In this document: one piece after another, positions 28,115-42,717 of the stretch
Layout of the letters: every line of letters begins with the position of its first letter
Position numbering within the stretch: the stretch's first letter is position 1
Assembly (NCBI RefSeq): GCF_009914755.1
Contig: NC_060929.1
Strand: one strand, 5' to 3'
DNA: 64,000 nt
From: the human T2T-CHM13v2.0 reference genome, Homo sapiens
The notes under the pieces: model-generated
What the model saw: the letters and a program-made list of their open reading frames with translations, nothing else
Told to the model about the DNA's origin: nothing
The model's database searches: none
Translations under genes and position numbers: made by a program

Positions 28115-29669
28115 ATTAAATACTTAAATGTAAAACCTAAAACTTTAAAAACCCTGGAAGAAAACTTGGAAAATACCATTTTTGACATAGGATCTGGCAA
28201 AGATTTCATGATTAATATGCCAAAATCAATTGCAACAAAAACAAAAATTGGCAAGTGGGACTAATTAAACTAAAGAACATCTGCACAGCAAAACAAAATA
28301 AACAGAGTAAACATACAACTTATATAATTTGATAAATATTTGCAAACTGTGCATCTAATAAATGTATAATAGCCAGAATCCATAAATAAGTAAGAAGCAA
28401 AAAACACACAAACCCTATTACAAAGAGGGCAAAGGATGTGAACAGATACTTTTCGAAAGAGGACATACATGTGGTCAACAAGCATATGAAAAAAATACTC
28501 AAAATCACTCATCATTAGAGAAATGCAAATCAAAACCATAATGAGGCACCATCTCACACCAGACAGAATAAAAAAATTACAAAGTCTAAAAATATGCTGG
28601 TGAGGTTGCAGAGAAAAGGGAATGCTTACACGCACTGCTGCTGGGAATGTGAATTAGTTTGGCCATTGCGGAAAGCAATTTGGTGATTTTTCAAAGAACT
28701 TAATAAGGAATTACCATTCAACCAAACAATCCCATTATTTGGTACATACCCAAAGGAATATAAATTATTCTACTATAAAGACACATTCATGTATATGTTC
28801 ATCATAGCACTATTTATAATAGCGATGACGTGGAATCAACCTAAATGTCCATCAATGGCAGACTAAAAAAAGAAAATATGGTACATATACGCCATGGAAC
28901 ACTATGCCACCTTAAAAAGAACAAGATCATGTTCTTTGCAGCAACACAGATAGAACTGGAGGCCATTATCCTAAGCAAACTAATGAATGAACAGAAAACC
29001 AAATACTGCATTTTCTCACTTATAAGTGGAAGCTTAACATGGGGTACACATGAACACATGACTTAAGAGCGCAAGGTGGGAGTAGACAGAGGATCAAAAA
29101 CTACCTATCAGGTACTATGCTGATTGCCTAAATGACGAAATAATCTGTACACCAAGCCCTCATGACATGCAATTTACCCATATAAAAAACCTGAACATTT
29201 ACCCTTGAGCCTAAAACAAAAGTAAAAATAAAAATAAAGTCCTTTTAGTTGAATAGTTTTATTACAGATGCAGTCCTCTTTATTTATTATTTATTTTAAT
29301 AACTAAAAACTACTTTCTTATATTGTGGCAGTGTCTCAAAAACAACCTAAAGATTGGCTGCTTTTCCAACATTATGACATCTTTTACCTTGTCAATAGCT
29401 GAAATGCCAACCAGGAAAATACCTTAATAAATAACTGAGTAATAAGGTAAACAAATGTAAGAACCAAAATGACCCCTTGATGTTGAGTAGCCCTACAAAC
29501 CCAGTCTAGCTGGGCTGTTACCTGAGAGAGAGAGATAATCTTCTCTTATTTAATCTGCAATTTTTTTCACTTACTGTGCTGCATCATATAAATATTTACC
29601 CTAACCTGTTATAGAATATTCACCTTTACCTCAATTATTTGTCATATCATAAAAAAAATCTCTGTGGTC

Positions 29670-29890
29670 ATCATTTCTAATGATCATGTAGTCTATTATA
29701 TAAACATGTGATAAATTATTTTGCTACTTCCCCTTGTTTAAAGATTTAGGCTGTTTTTTAAGTCTTTGCTCTTATACTCAATACCACAGAAAGTATCTTT
29801 GGTCATAAATTTTCTTTAAGTTTCTGAGTAGTTCTTTAAGATTGAGTCCTAGAAGAGGTGTAAAAGAACTTAGGACACTTGATACATATG
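29670..29890 (-). mobile_element. Old L1M (L1ME-like) fragment
   Basis: gtagtctattata..aacatg, atttaggctgttt, ttctttaagat..agtcctagaagagg resemble antisense L1M 3' region. Confidence 0.5.
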
Positions 29891-30933
29891 ACCATTTGGA
29901 AGCTATTATTTCTCAACTCCAAATCTCTCTTTATTTAAGCCTTTATTTATACTTTGATTCCTGAAGCTAAGACTTAGACTTTGTAAACCATATTTCTTCT
30001 TTGACAGCTGCTCCCTCTTCAATTCTGCCAACAGGCACACTAGAGGGGGAAAGGAACACTGGAGGAGGGAAAAGTCTTCGCTGCTTCTTGTTTCTTATTC
30101 TCATCAGCATCATTTATCATCTTGACTGCACTACTTTCCTCCTGTTTCCCTTTCTGTTTTTGTTTTTGTCCTTTGGCACTCTCAGAACCAGCTCATTGTA
30201 CTCCTTAAAGACATCAGCCCCTGTAAGGTAGCACTGGTCCTTAGAGGTCAAAGTCACCCTCCATGAGGTCCTTCTTTTTTGCTTCTAAGACACCACCTTC
30301 AGCTGAATGGTACCCCATCCTTTTCCCATTGCTGAGTCACAGAGTGGGCTGAGTCCTCTCTCTTCTAAGCTTTTATGTTCTATTAACTCCAGTCAATTTT
30401 TGTTGTTGTTTCCCAGCTCCAGGAAGCAGAGGGCAGAGAGTGTAACTGGTCTCTCTTTCACTCTTTGTGAGTTACTCAATGTCTTTTGGTTGTTGTTGGT
30501 CTTTTCAATTCTCTAAAATGTCTTTGACAGACTCCTTATCTTACTTTCTCTCTGTTAAAATAAATGATGGGATAATATTTGCCCAAAAAGCAAGGCATTG
30601 ATTGATACTATCAAATTCCTTTATATATGCAGGACATGAAGTGTTAGTTTCATCCAGCCATCTTAAGCAGTATCAGCTAACTAAATTGATAAATGAAAGG
30701 ATCGTAATTATATAGGTGAAGAAATGCATCACTGTTGCTTTGAAGTGACTTTTACTACTACGGGAGTTAATTATCTTTTATACATGTATTATTCATCATA
30801 TCTTCCAATACTTTACTGCTTTGAAAGTTCTTTCCTTTTTTATAGATTTGAACAATATGCACATATTATCTCCATTTTTACAGAACATATATATATATTC
30901 AATATATAAAATGTTCAAAGTTCAACATATAAC

Positions 30934-30965
<32 letters not shown>
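30934..30965. repeat. (TCTA)8 tetranucleotide microsatellite
   Basis: Direct reading. Confidence 0.95.
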
Positions 30966-31329
30966 GACTTTAAATTTTCTGAAATTTGTGTTCTGCAAGT
31001 GATCAACAGACCTCTGTGCAAATAGGAAACAAAGCCTAATCTGACATTGTTGCTTAAAGGAATTTCTCATGGTTTCTTAGCAATTCTGTTTCATATTTTA
31101 TGTAATTAAAAACCATACTGTAGTATTTTAATAGTTTTTGCCATATTCTATTTTTCTAATATATGCTGTGTTTCTTAGACAGTTGATTACTATTGTCATC
31201 CATATGGCCTCTTCTGCAGCTTCATAGATACCCATGCTGGTTTAATCCTGATAACTGTTTAAATTTTTCTCCTGCATATTATGTGTTTGTGATTGTGGTC
31301 TTGCTAGGATGGGGATTAAATAAAAGAGG

Positions 31330-31530
31330 GTAGTGTTTGACTCTAGCTAATGGACTTTAAGATGTTAGATTGTTTTAAAATTCCACTTTTCAACCTTACT
31401 TGTTTTGTGATTTTAAAGGGATCATTTAAAGTCTCTGATTTTGGGTTTATTTAAGAGTAATCTGATAATGGGCATTTATTACAAGCAGAATGGGTGGTAG
31501 TTATTAAAATTATTTGATATGTTTGGAAAC
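31330..31530 (+). mobile_element. MIR fragment
   Basis: atggacttt...cttacttgttttgtgatttt...catttaaagtctctga; very decayed. Confidence 0.45.
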
Positions 31531-33039
31531 TTTGAATTCATCTGGCTTCATCTTTGATGATCCTCAACTTTGCACTTGAAACATCATCTGTAAGAGCTTT
31601 CCAATACACACTCATTACAATTTTACTTAGGCACATTCTTTAATCTTCCTCTGAGATAATTCCTCTCTATATATATTGTTCACACGTGTCCCCTGTTTCA
31701 CTGTTTCTCAAACCACTATGCAGATTTCTTAGGCAGTGCCTGCATCGCCAGGAAACTTGAATGCCTGTAGGTCAACTAGACTCTCTAGAGAACTAGGAAC
31801 TGGCACATAATGAATGAGTGAGGAAAGATTATTGAGCTGCTCTAATCCTCAGAGTTGTTTTATATCTTTGTCATCCTTTCCTTTTATATCAACTTCTCCG
31901 TGCCCCCAGTTCATTTGATTTTCCTTTCTATAGTTTCTAATTGTTTGTTTTTCATGACATTTTCCCATCCAGCTGAGAAATCTCTCATATTTTTAGCAAA
32001 AAATCATAGACAAATGTCTACTATTTTTACTTTAACCATGGGAGAATTTAGGCAGGAATATAAGCTGCATTTCACACAAATATCTATTAATCATTTTCAA
32101 AATCCTATAAATATATGATCTTATTTAAAAATCATAGCATTTAATGTATACATTTTTCTACCAAATATATATGAATTAAAATTGTATTTAATATTTAATA
32201 TTAGGAATTAACATACACACCAACATGCCAATTAAAAGAGAAAGAATTGAGGGAAAAAGAAAATGTCACTAATAAAATATCATTTTTAATAAAATAAGTT
32301 TAACTTAGCCATATAACTAAATTTATATGTATAATATATATTAAAATATATGTACAGAAATAATAAAATACAGAATAGCAATATGTAAACTATAGCTTTT
32401 TTTCAGATACAAAGAGATTTTTTAATTTAATTTTTAGAGTCTTCTACATTTTTTAGATTTTCTTCAATAAAACTACATGTTTAAAAACAATGTTAATTTT
32501 TAAAATTGAAAACCCTGTAATTTGGAATTGGATATATTTTTACTCTGAGAAATAAAAAGTGAATGAAAGAGAGAGGCAGAAAGAAAGAATATTGCCTTAA
32601 AGAATAAATAATATTTATTGATTTCCCACAATTGAAGTTTCGAGAGGTAGATCCTATTTTATTATAAAGCTCAAAAATGTGTCGTCAAGTATCTTTTATC
32701 TTTCCATTCCTTATTACAGCTTTTTTGTAGACCTGACACTTCTCAGGTTGTAATATGGCTGTCAAAATTTTCCAGAGTCACATACTTTTTTATTCATGTT
32801 CAAAAGGAAGGAATATTGTAGGGATAAATTAAAGATTCTGACTGAATGGCTTACGTGACATGTCCTAACCTGAAACAACTGATGGGATTCGTTAAGATCA
32901 TGTGCTCCATAACTGAATCTTGCACTTTAACCTACTTCTGTGGAACCAAAGAGAAATCAAGGCCCTCTCAGAAGCAGATATTTATACTACGATACAAATA
33001 CAAATGTCAAGTAGGGAAAATGAAATATCTCTATGAATT

Positions 33040-33860
33040 ACAATAGCTGTAGCCAAACAATCAGAAACCTCAGTGACTTAGCATGTTAAATGCTTTTAAA
33101 TATATTTGTAGCACAGTCCAGTGCTGGTCAGGTGACTCTACTAGACACCTTTCCTCTACTAGACACCTTCCCTCCAGGGACCACAATTGTCTTTATTTTA
33201 TGACTACACAATCTGGGACACATTGGTTCCAAAGTCACTCTGTACAGGTTATTATTCCTGTTGTTCTCATTTCCAGCCCTTTTCTGCCTTGGTGCGTTAT
33301 TAGGAACAACTTCCTTTCTGACTGTCTCCCACCCTTTCCCTCATGGGAGGTGCTGTCAGAAGACTGATGTGTGGGAAAATATTAGTTGCCAGGATTTTTT
33401 CCCCATCTCTTTGTGCTTTGGGTGGCATCCTCAGGATGGCCACATTTCCTCCACAGATATAGACGCATCCAGGCAGCATGCCCTGGTCGGATCCAGTTTT
33501 CAATTCCCTGACTCATGAGCTCCTTCTGCCTTGGTTACTCCAGCTCTCTCTTACATCATTGTCCCATTTGGCTTTGGTGCTATTACATCACCTGTGTAAA
33601 CAATGTTTGATGTTAAGTTCCATCTTTTTGAAGAGAGAGAGTCTCAGAACGGACACTGACAAATCGACCAATGGAAGCAGGAGAGGTGGCTGGAGGATCA
33701 CACAGGATATTTTTAAGTTCCAGTCTCAGAAATAATATATAGACTTTCTTCCACACTCCATTTGAATTATAGCCCCAAACTGACTGCAAAGGAGAATGGG
33801 AAATTTTACATGTGCCAGAAAGAAGAAAGTGGTTTGGTGAGCATAAAGTATTGTATGCTA
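33040..33860 (-). mobile_element. Old MLT1 (J/K-like) LTR, probably interrupted
   Basis: aacctcagtgacttagca at the left end; aactgactgcaaaggagaatgggaaat..tgtgccagaaagaagaaagtggtttggtgagca at the right end. Confidence 0.5.
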
Positions 33861-34742
33861 TATCTAATAAATTCCTAGAAGTGTGGGTAGTCAACTGACA
33901 GGATACTTGTAATATGAATAAATTAATTAATTCATACTAATATGTATTTGATATTATTGTTAGTTCTGATATAATGCAAAATATATACAAATTCTTAAAA
34001 ACCAGCACGCAATAAAACATTTCAAAGTAAAAATCATAGGACTTATGGGAAAAATAGAGTCAAGGACATGACACTAAAAAACTTTGTACTATGATAAATA
34101 AGACAAACTTTAAGAACTTAGTAAAAAGAGTTTCCAAGTGTTAAATGATTTAAAAATTCACCAATATTGCAATAAATATGGTACCTTACCTTGCAAAAAC
34201 CTGAAGTTTTTATGTGATAGTAGGTTTTGGAAGAGTTACAGCTTGTGAATTGTTAAGTAATGGAAGGAAAGTTGTTCAAAATTTGATGGAAAGTTGGAAC
34301 ACCAGATATGGATGTTGGTGGCTCATTACACATGCAATGAGATAGCCAGCGTAGATGTTTAAAATGCCTATTTATGTGCGCGCACCTACAAATACATACA
34401 TTTTGTGTATTCAGTGGGATGCAGTTGTCTGTGTTCACCTAGTGTTTCTTATGGATGAAATTGTGTGTAAACGAATGTAGAATTTTGTGGCAAATGTGTT
34501 TTGTGTTCCGCAACTGTGGAACATATTGTGTTTTCAGAACAAGATTTACAGCTGAACTCATTGTACTTCAAGTTCATTAAATCACTACTTTTCACAATGT
34601 CACAGTAAAACATGGGACTTGTAATTGCAACTAGAAATATAACAAAATATCTTCCCAACCAAAAAAAAATAAAAAATTATTATATGCTAGTATTGAGAAT
34701 TTGTGAAGGAAACTGTGTTGGAATTTAATAACATTACAACAC

Positions 34743-37700
34743 GGGAATAGTTTCAAAATGGCTGACTAAGACATCTAGCACTAACCTCCTCCACAAAGAA
34801 AAACCAACATGACAAGTGGATGATCACTTTAAGTAGAGTATCTAAGAAGTAACACTGGAATTCAGCAAAGAAGTGACAGGAAGCACCTGAGACACTGAAA
34901 GAAAGGGAAGCAAAGCAACTAATTTGGCTGTGATCAGCTGGGAGCCTGGAAAGGCTCCCCACTGTGTGGAGCAGTTCCAGACGTGGAGAGGTCCTTGATG
35001 CCGGCATGCTGTGAGACTGGCTTGGGGAGCTACCTGAAGAGAGTGTGATGGCATTGCTCCGGGAGGGAGTGATGCTCCACTTGGTCCCACACACCTGCTA
35101 AGAGATAAGAAGTTGCATCCCAGAGCCATTTTGAAAGACCAGCCTCCATCAGAATGCATCCTGTTCTGAGGCCAAATAGCCCCTGCATCTCAGTCACTGG
35201 AGTTCACTGACATTCCTCCCCTTGCACACTTGTCTTACATTCACACAGAGGACTACAGTGGCATGACATCAGTTACACCCACTGGAATGGCAGGGTCCCC
35301 AGCACTCTAGTATACACAGCGTCCTGTATCTTGGGGAATGGGCCATGCAGCAAACTTCGTTGGCATAGGACAAGGGAGCCATAGCACATGCTCCCCAGAG
35401 CCTGAAACCCTCCTGCCTGGGACTGCTACCACTGAAAGCAAGCCTACCTCCACCAGCAGTGGCAGGGCTCCAGTGCAGTTTCACATGCCTTAGAGACTAG
35501 ACGTCCCTGTTGGTGCCACTGCTGCAGCCACTGCCGCCATCTCCAGAGCATGAAGCGTGTACTCTCCACAGCCTCAGAGCTGATACTTGTGGCTTCCGCC
35601 ACAGAAAGAAGACCCAATCCTCCAGAAGCAAGGTCACAACACATTCACACATTCCCTGATAACAGGCTCTATCTGTCCACACCACTGCTGATGGTGGGCC
35701 TGGGGTCTACCCAACCCTACCTGCCACAGCTGATACCCATGAACAGTACCAAGAGGCCTGAGGACAATCCCACCCAGCTTGGCACCACTTGTGCAGTACC
35801 AAAACATACTGCCCAAGGGCCTGGGAATCACCGTGCCCCATCCACCACTGCTGGCACCTGTACACTCTTTCTGAGGGCCTGAGGATGGCCCTACCCAGCT
35901 TACAGCAGCCACCATTAACACCACAGCATGCTGCTTAGGAGCCTAAGGGTTTTCCCACCACCATTACTGCCATCACTCATGCCATACACACTACCCAAAA
36001 CCCAAAGATCCACCTACCCAACCAGCCCACCACTGTCACAGGCACAAAGAAGGAAGTGGCCTAGAGGTTCAAGAACTGGCTCACTTGGACTGGCTAATGC
36101 TACTGACTACATACACTGCCTGGGAGCCTAGTGACAGTCATGCTTATCCTATCATTGGAATCACTGGGGCTGAGGGACTGACCCATCTAGAATCCTCTTC
36201 CCCAGCAAAACCTCACTATAGCCTTACAATTAAACCTAAGCTACTGAGGAAATCACAGACATCATTGCTGTTCTTTACAGCTGAAGAAGGCATATGAAGA
36301 CTATACTACTTAATGCACCCATAATCAAATTTAAAGTGCCCTGCTCAGCCAACAGCATAAATACATCTTTATAAAAAAGTCTTCCTCTAAGAAAGCAAAT
36401 CCCAAAATGGAAGAAGTGACTGTTACACCATATGCACAAATATCAATATAAGAACTCAAGAAAAATAAAAAAGCAAGGAAATATGTTTCATCCAAAGGAT
36501 CCCAGTGATTTTTCAGCAACAGATTTCAATAAAAAAAGTATGAAATGCCAGAAAAAAGAATTCAAAATAATGATATTAAAGAAGTTCCATGAAAACAAAA
36601 AGACACAGACAAAATAATACAAATAAATTGAAAACTTATTCATGTCCTACGTGAGAAATTCAACAAAGTGATAGATATCATAAAAAAGAATCAAATAGAA
36701 ATCCCAGAAATGAAGAATTTAATACATGAAACAAAAAATAAATTTAAGAGCTTCAACAATAGACTAGATTAAGTAGAATAAAGAATTTTAGAATTTAAAG
36801 ACAGTTTTTGAAATAACCCAGTCAGATAAAAAGTTTTTAAAAGAATACACAAAATCTATGTCACATATAGAACATCATAAAGCAATAAAATATTTAAATT
36901 TGGGATGTTCCAAAGGCAAAGAGATACAAAGGGCATAGAAAACCTATATAACAAAATAATAACTGAAAACCTCCTAAGTCTAGCAAGATTTAGATATCCA
37001 GAAGTAGTAAACTTAGAGATTCTCAAATGGATACATTCAAAAGGTGTTTTTCATGGCACATTATAGTCAAAATGTCAAATGCAAATACAAATAGAAAATT
37101 CTAAAAACAAAGAGCAGGGTGTCTTGTTATATGTAAGAGAACTCTCAGCAGATTGGCACTGGATTTCTCAGAATAAATCTTACAGGCCAGGAGAGTATAG
37201 GATGATATATTCAAAGGGCTAAAAGAAAATTAAAAAAAAATTGGCAATCAAGATTACTATACCCAGCAAAGTTTTGCTATATGAATGAAGAAGAAATAGT
37301 CTTTCCCAGACAAGCAAAAACTGAAGGAATTTATAACTATTAGATCATCCCTACAAGAAATGTTTAAGGGTGTCCTACACCTGGAAACAAAAGGCTTATA
37401 TCTATCATTGTGAAATACATGAAAGTATAAAACTCACTGATAGAGTTTTAAACATACAAATGAGGAAGAGAAAGAACTCCAATGTTACCACTACAAAAAA
37501 ACCACCAAACCAAAATGATACACAATAAGAAAGAATGAAAGAAACAAAAGATATGCAAAACAAACATAAAATACTTAAAACATTTACATGAATAAGTCCT
37601 CAAATATCAATAATAAACCTGAATATAAATAAATTAGACTTTTTACTTAAAATATTTAGACTGTCTGAATAGTTTTTTAAGTGATCTATGATATGCTGCC

Positions 37701-37881
37701 TACAAGAAATTCACTTCACCTGTAGACACATATGGACTGAAAGTAAAGGAATGGATAAAGATTTTCCATACAAATGGAAACCCAAGGTGATCAGAAGTAG
37801 TTATACTTAGATAAAAACAGGCTATAAGTCAAACACAGTAAAAAGAGAAAAAGAAGGTCATTATAAAATTATGAAGGGATC

Positions 37882-37912
<31 letters not shown>

Positions 37913-40900
37913 GTGTGTGTGTATATATATATATACATATATATAAACCACAGTGTAATAAAACTACTAGCTGGTAACAAGAGGAATTCTGGAAATTATA
38001 CAAATGCATGGAAATCAATCAACTTGGTCCTGAATGACCAGTAGGTCAATGAGAAAATTAAGAAGAATAATTTTAATCCTATTTTTGAAACAAATGAAAA
38101 TGAAAAAACAACACACCAAAACCTATTGGATACAGCAAAAGTAGTGCTGAGGGGAAAGTTTATATCAATAAATACCTATATCAAAAAATAGAAAGATTTT
38201 AAATAATCTAATAATCCACTTCAAGAAACTAGAAAATCAAGAACTAAAAACACCCCAAACTTAATATAAGGATAGAAATAATAAAGACCAGAGAAGAATG
38301 AAATGTAATAGAGACAAAATAACACAAAGTCAACCAAATGAAAAATTTGTCTTTTAAAAAGATAAAGTCAGTAAACCACTAGCTAAACAACAACAGAAAA
38401 CACCCAAATTAATAAATTCAGAAACATAAAAGGATACATTACAACCGATACCACAGAAATACAAAAAAAATCAGAGACAACATGAACAATATATGCTAAC
38501 AAAATAGAAAAACTAGAGAAAATAGATAAATTTCTGGACACATACAACCTACCAAGATTAATTCAAGAAGAAATAGAAAACCAGAACAGGCCAAGAACAA
38601 TTAACAAGATTGAATCAGCAATAAAAAAGCCTCAAAAGAGAGAAAATCCCAGGACCTAAAGGTTTCACTGCTGACTTCTACCACATGTATAAAACAACAT
38701 CAAAATTCCTCAAATTATTCTCAAAAATTGAAGAGTAGAGAATTCTTCCTAACACATTATATGAGGCCAGCATTATTCTGATATCAAAACTAGAAAATGA
38801 CACAATAACAACAAAAGCTACAGGTTAATATCCCTAATGAACATAAATGCAAAAATCTTCAATAAAATATTAACAAATTGAATCTAACAGTGCATTAGAA
38901 AGACAATATATCATGATAAAGTGGAAGGCATGCCAAGGATGCAAGCACCGATTGTTTAACATATGCAAATCAATAAATATAATACATCACAATAACAGAA
39001 GGAAGGACAAAAACAGAGTCACATAAGAGGAATTTGATAAAATTAACATTCCTAACATTCCTACAGGTGTAGAAAAAAACACATCTTATAGGTCATATAT
39101 GACAAACCCACAGCTAACATTATACTGAATGGAGAAAACTGAAAGCCTTTCTTCTAAGAACTGGAAAAAGACAAGATGCCCACTTTCACAACTCCTATTC
39201 AACATAGTACTAGATGACCTAGCCATAGACATCAGAAAATAGGAAGAAATAAAAGGCAGACAAGTTGGAAAGGAGGAAGTCAAAGTGTCTTTCTTTGCTG
39301 ATAAGGTAATCTTATATTTAGAAACACTTGAAGATTCTTCTAAGAAACACTTAGGCCAGATTAAAAAAATTAATTTGCATGATACAAACTCAACATACAA
39401 ATAAACAGTAGTTTCTAAACACTAATAATGAGCTAGCTAAAAAAGAAATTAAAAAGCTAGTCTCATTTACAATAGCTATAAAAATACCTAGGAATAAATT
39501 TAACCAAAGAGGTGAAGGACTTCTAAAATAAAAACCACAAAGCACTAATAAAATACATTATAGTAGACACACAAATTAAATGACATCCCACGCTCTTGGA
39601 AAGAAAAAAATCCATATTGTTGAAATGACCATATTACTAAAATCAATCTTGATTGAATGCAATTCCTATCAAAATACCATTGCCATTTTTTACAGAAACA
39701 GAAAAAAAAATCTATCCTCATATTCATATGGAACCATATAAGAGGCCAAACAGATAAAGCAATCTTGAGCCAAAAGAACAAAGCTGGAGGCATTATATTA
39801 CCTGACTTCAGAATATATTACAAGGCTAACAGTAACCAAAATAACAAGGTATTGGTATAAAAACAGGCACGTAGACCAATGGAACAGAATAGAGAACCCA
39901 GAAATAAAACCACTTATTTACAGCCATATAATTTTTTAAGAAAGGTACCAAGAACACTGATAGAGGGAAAGGAAACTGTCTTCAATAAATGGTGCTAGGA
40001 AACTTAATATCCATATGCAGAAGAATGAAACTAGACTGCTTTCTCTCACCATGTACAAATATCAACTCAAAATGTACTAAAGACTTACACTTAGGACCCA
40101 AAACTGCAAAACTACTATAATGAAACATAGGTGAAACATTTTAGGACATTGGCCTAGGCCAAAATTTTATGGCTAAGACCTCAACAGCACATGAAACAAA
40201 ATCAAAAATAGACAAATGTGACTATATTAAACTAAAATGCTTCTGCTCAGCAGAATAAATAATCAACAGAATAAAGAGACAACCTGTTTAATAGGATAAA
40301 ATATTTGCAAATTATTTATCTAACAAATGACTAATAGTCATAATATGTAAGAAACTCAAATAATTCAGCGGAAAAAAACAAATGATCTAATTAAAAAGTG
40401 AAAAAGGAGAAAAATATACATTTCTAATAAAACGATATGCAAATGGCCAACAGGTATAAGAATAATACTAGATATCACTAATCATCAGGGAAATACAAAT
40501 CAAAATGATAATCAGATAACATCATACCCCAGTTAGAATGGCTATTATTAAAATGGAAAAAAATTATAGATTTTGTTGAGGATGCAGAGAATAGGGAACT
40601 CTTATATACTCTTAGTTGGGATGTAAATGAGTAGATTCATTATGTACAACAACATGGAAATTTCCCAGAAAAAAAAAACTTAAAAATAAAACTACTATAC
40701 TATCCAGTAATCTCACTACTAGGTATACATTTCCAAAAGAAAGGAAATCAGTATATCAAAGGTATAACTACACCTCTATATCTATTGCAGCAAATAACTT
40801 CACAATAGCAAAGCTATGGAATCAACCTAAGTGGCTATCAATCGATTAATGCATAAAGAAAATAAGGCTTATATACACAATGGAATACTATTTTGCCATA

Positions 40901-41080
40901 AAATAATAAAATCCTTTTTTTTTTTGCAGCCACATGGATGAAACTGGAGGTTATTATGTTACATAAAATAAACCAGGCACAGAAATACACATATTGCACG
41001 TGCTCACTTATATGTGGGATCTAAAAAAAGCTGATCTTGTAATTGTAGAGAGTAGCATGATAGTTATCAGAGGCTTGGTT
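34743..41080 (+). mobile_element. Near full-length old L1 (L1MA-type, L1M 5'UTR) lacking terminal 3'UTR/poly(A)
   Basis: 5' end tttcaaaatggctgacta..catct.gcact..cctcctccacaaagaa; GC-rich 5'UTR to ~36300; decayed ORF1 and ORF2 (tttgctgat at ~39293, [10 protein letters not shown]); ends gagagtagcatgatagttatcagaggct. Confidence 0.88.
37884..37945. repeat. (TA)n/(TG)n tract at an internal L1 deletion junction
   Basis: Joins ...gaagggatcaa directly to accacagtgtaataaaact. Confidence 0.85.
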
Positions 41081-41434
41081 AATTATAGTCTTACTACTCC
41101 TCAATCTTCACTTTTAGAATTAATAAAATATAGTCCATAATTTTACATTTAAAACAATAACATTAGAAATTATGTGAAAGAATTAAATCAACTTATTTTT
41201 TTGAAGAGTTTAAAAAATTCAATTATTACAACCATCTAAAACATCTGAAGTGCATCTTTCTTGGACATTTCTAATTGGGAAACATTTCATTATTTCTACA
41301 TGATTAGTAACCTGCTCCACTCTTCATATATCCATTCTGGAAAATTCTTGGTGCCTGACTTTGGCATCTTATTTTAATCTTTTCCAAATTGTACTCATAA
41401 TTTGTCTACAAACTAAGGCATTGTAAATGCTTTA

Positions 41435-41776
<342 letters not shown>

Positions 41777-42484
41777 TTAAGGGGACTTGAAGATAAAATC
41801 TGGGTCAAGTTCCATCTCACATTATATTTAATTCATCTCAGTGAGACCATTATCATCTACTTACCTCTTTTGTACATTTGATATCCACAATTATGTGTGT
41901 GCACGTATATACACAAAAAACAGACGCACAAACAGAAACTCAGCCTCCACAAATAAAAATGCTTTCCAAAAACATCAATAGGTCTAATTTCGTCAATAGT
42001 GTATGTATCTTTAATTTTTTTATATATGTATAAAGGCAAATCTAATTTTTTAGGCTTTCTCAAACTGCTTGTTTCTCCACAACTCTCTACTATTTTAAAC
42101 TCTGTTTTGAGCATTGGTTACTGAAAAATAGATAAAAGAGCCAATCTATAGGGTTCAAAATTTCTATTAAGGGACCTGAATGTTTTAAAAAGAGTATTAA
42201 TGATAAAATGTTAACTAATAGGATTGCCTTCATATGCTCACATATTGTGAAATTATGGAGCCTCCCTCTGTTTCAGAGACTCCCTCTGCCAAGACAATAA
42301 GAAAAGCAATTTGGACATGTCTTAAATCACACTTACGAAGCTTTAATTAAGGCTAACTATAAAGTTTAGTCAATAATAACAGATATTTAATATTTTTGAG
42401 TTCATGTACATATTCACCAGTTTTAAAATCTTATTACTATATTGTCCAATACACAGATTCTCAAGTTAATTCAGAATTAAACTC

Positions 42485-42515
42485 TGTGTGTGTGTGTGTG
42501 TGTGTCTGTGTGTGT
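42485..42515. repeat. (TG)n microsatellite
   Basis: Direct reading. Confidence 0.9.
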
Positions 42516-42627
42516 TTATTTTTTTGTTCCTATTGTCTCCTGGAGTTTCCAGCACTTTGTAAAAGATAAAAATTAACTGTTTATTGAATGTTAGTGATGA
42601 TTTGTTGAATAAATGAACAACAAGGAC

Positions 42628-42717
42628 AACTGTGCATGGTGGATCACAGCTGAGACTGCGCCACTGTACTCCAGCCTGGGCAACAGAGTGAGACTCTGTC
42701 TCAAAAAAAAAAAAAAA
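42628..42717 (+). mobile_element. Internally deleted or truncated Alu
   Basis: gcatggtggatcac joined to agctgagactgcgccactgtactccagcctgggcaacagagtgagactctgtctc plus poly(A). Confidence 0.8.

Larger units (their letters stand above)
22655..29238 (+). mobile_element. 5'-truncated L1 (L1PA15/16-like): decayed ORF1 and ORF2, interrupted by MER11 and MER50
   Basis: ORF2 relics ([31 protein letters not shown]); 3'UTR ending gcaatttacccat..aacctg..cat.tacccttga.cctaaaa plus A-rich tail; internal deletion near 26460. Confidence 0.9.

Noticed and set aside
33137-33172. 18-bp tandem duplication tctactagacacctt
   Set aside because: Ordinary two-copy slippage
34842-36297. Cluster of 60-110 aa ORFs
   Set aside because: Lie in the GC-rich L1 5'UTR, where stop codons are scarce
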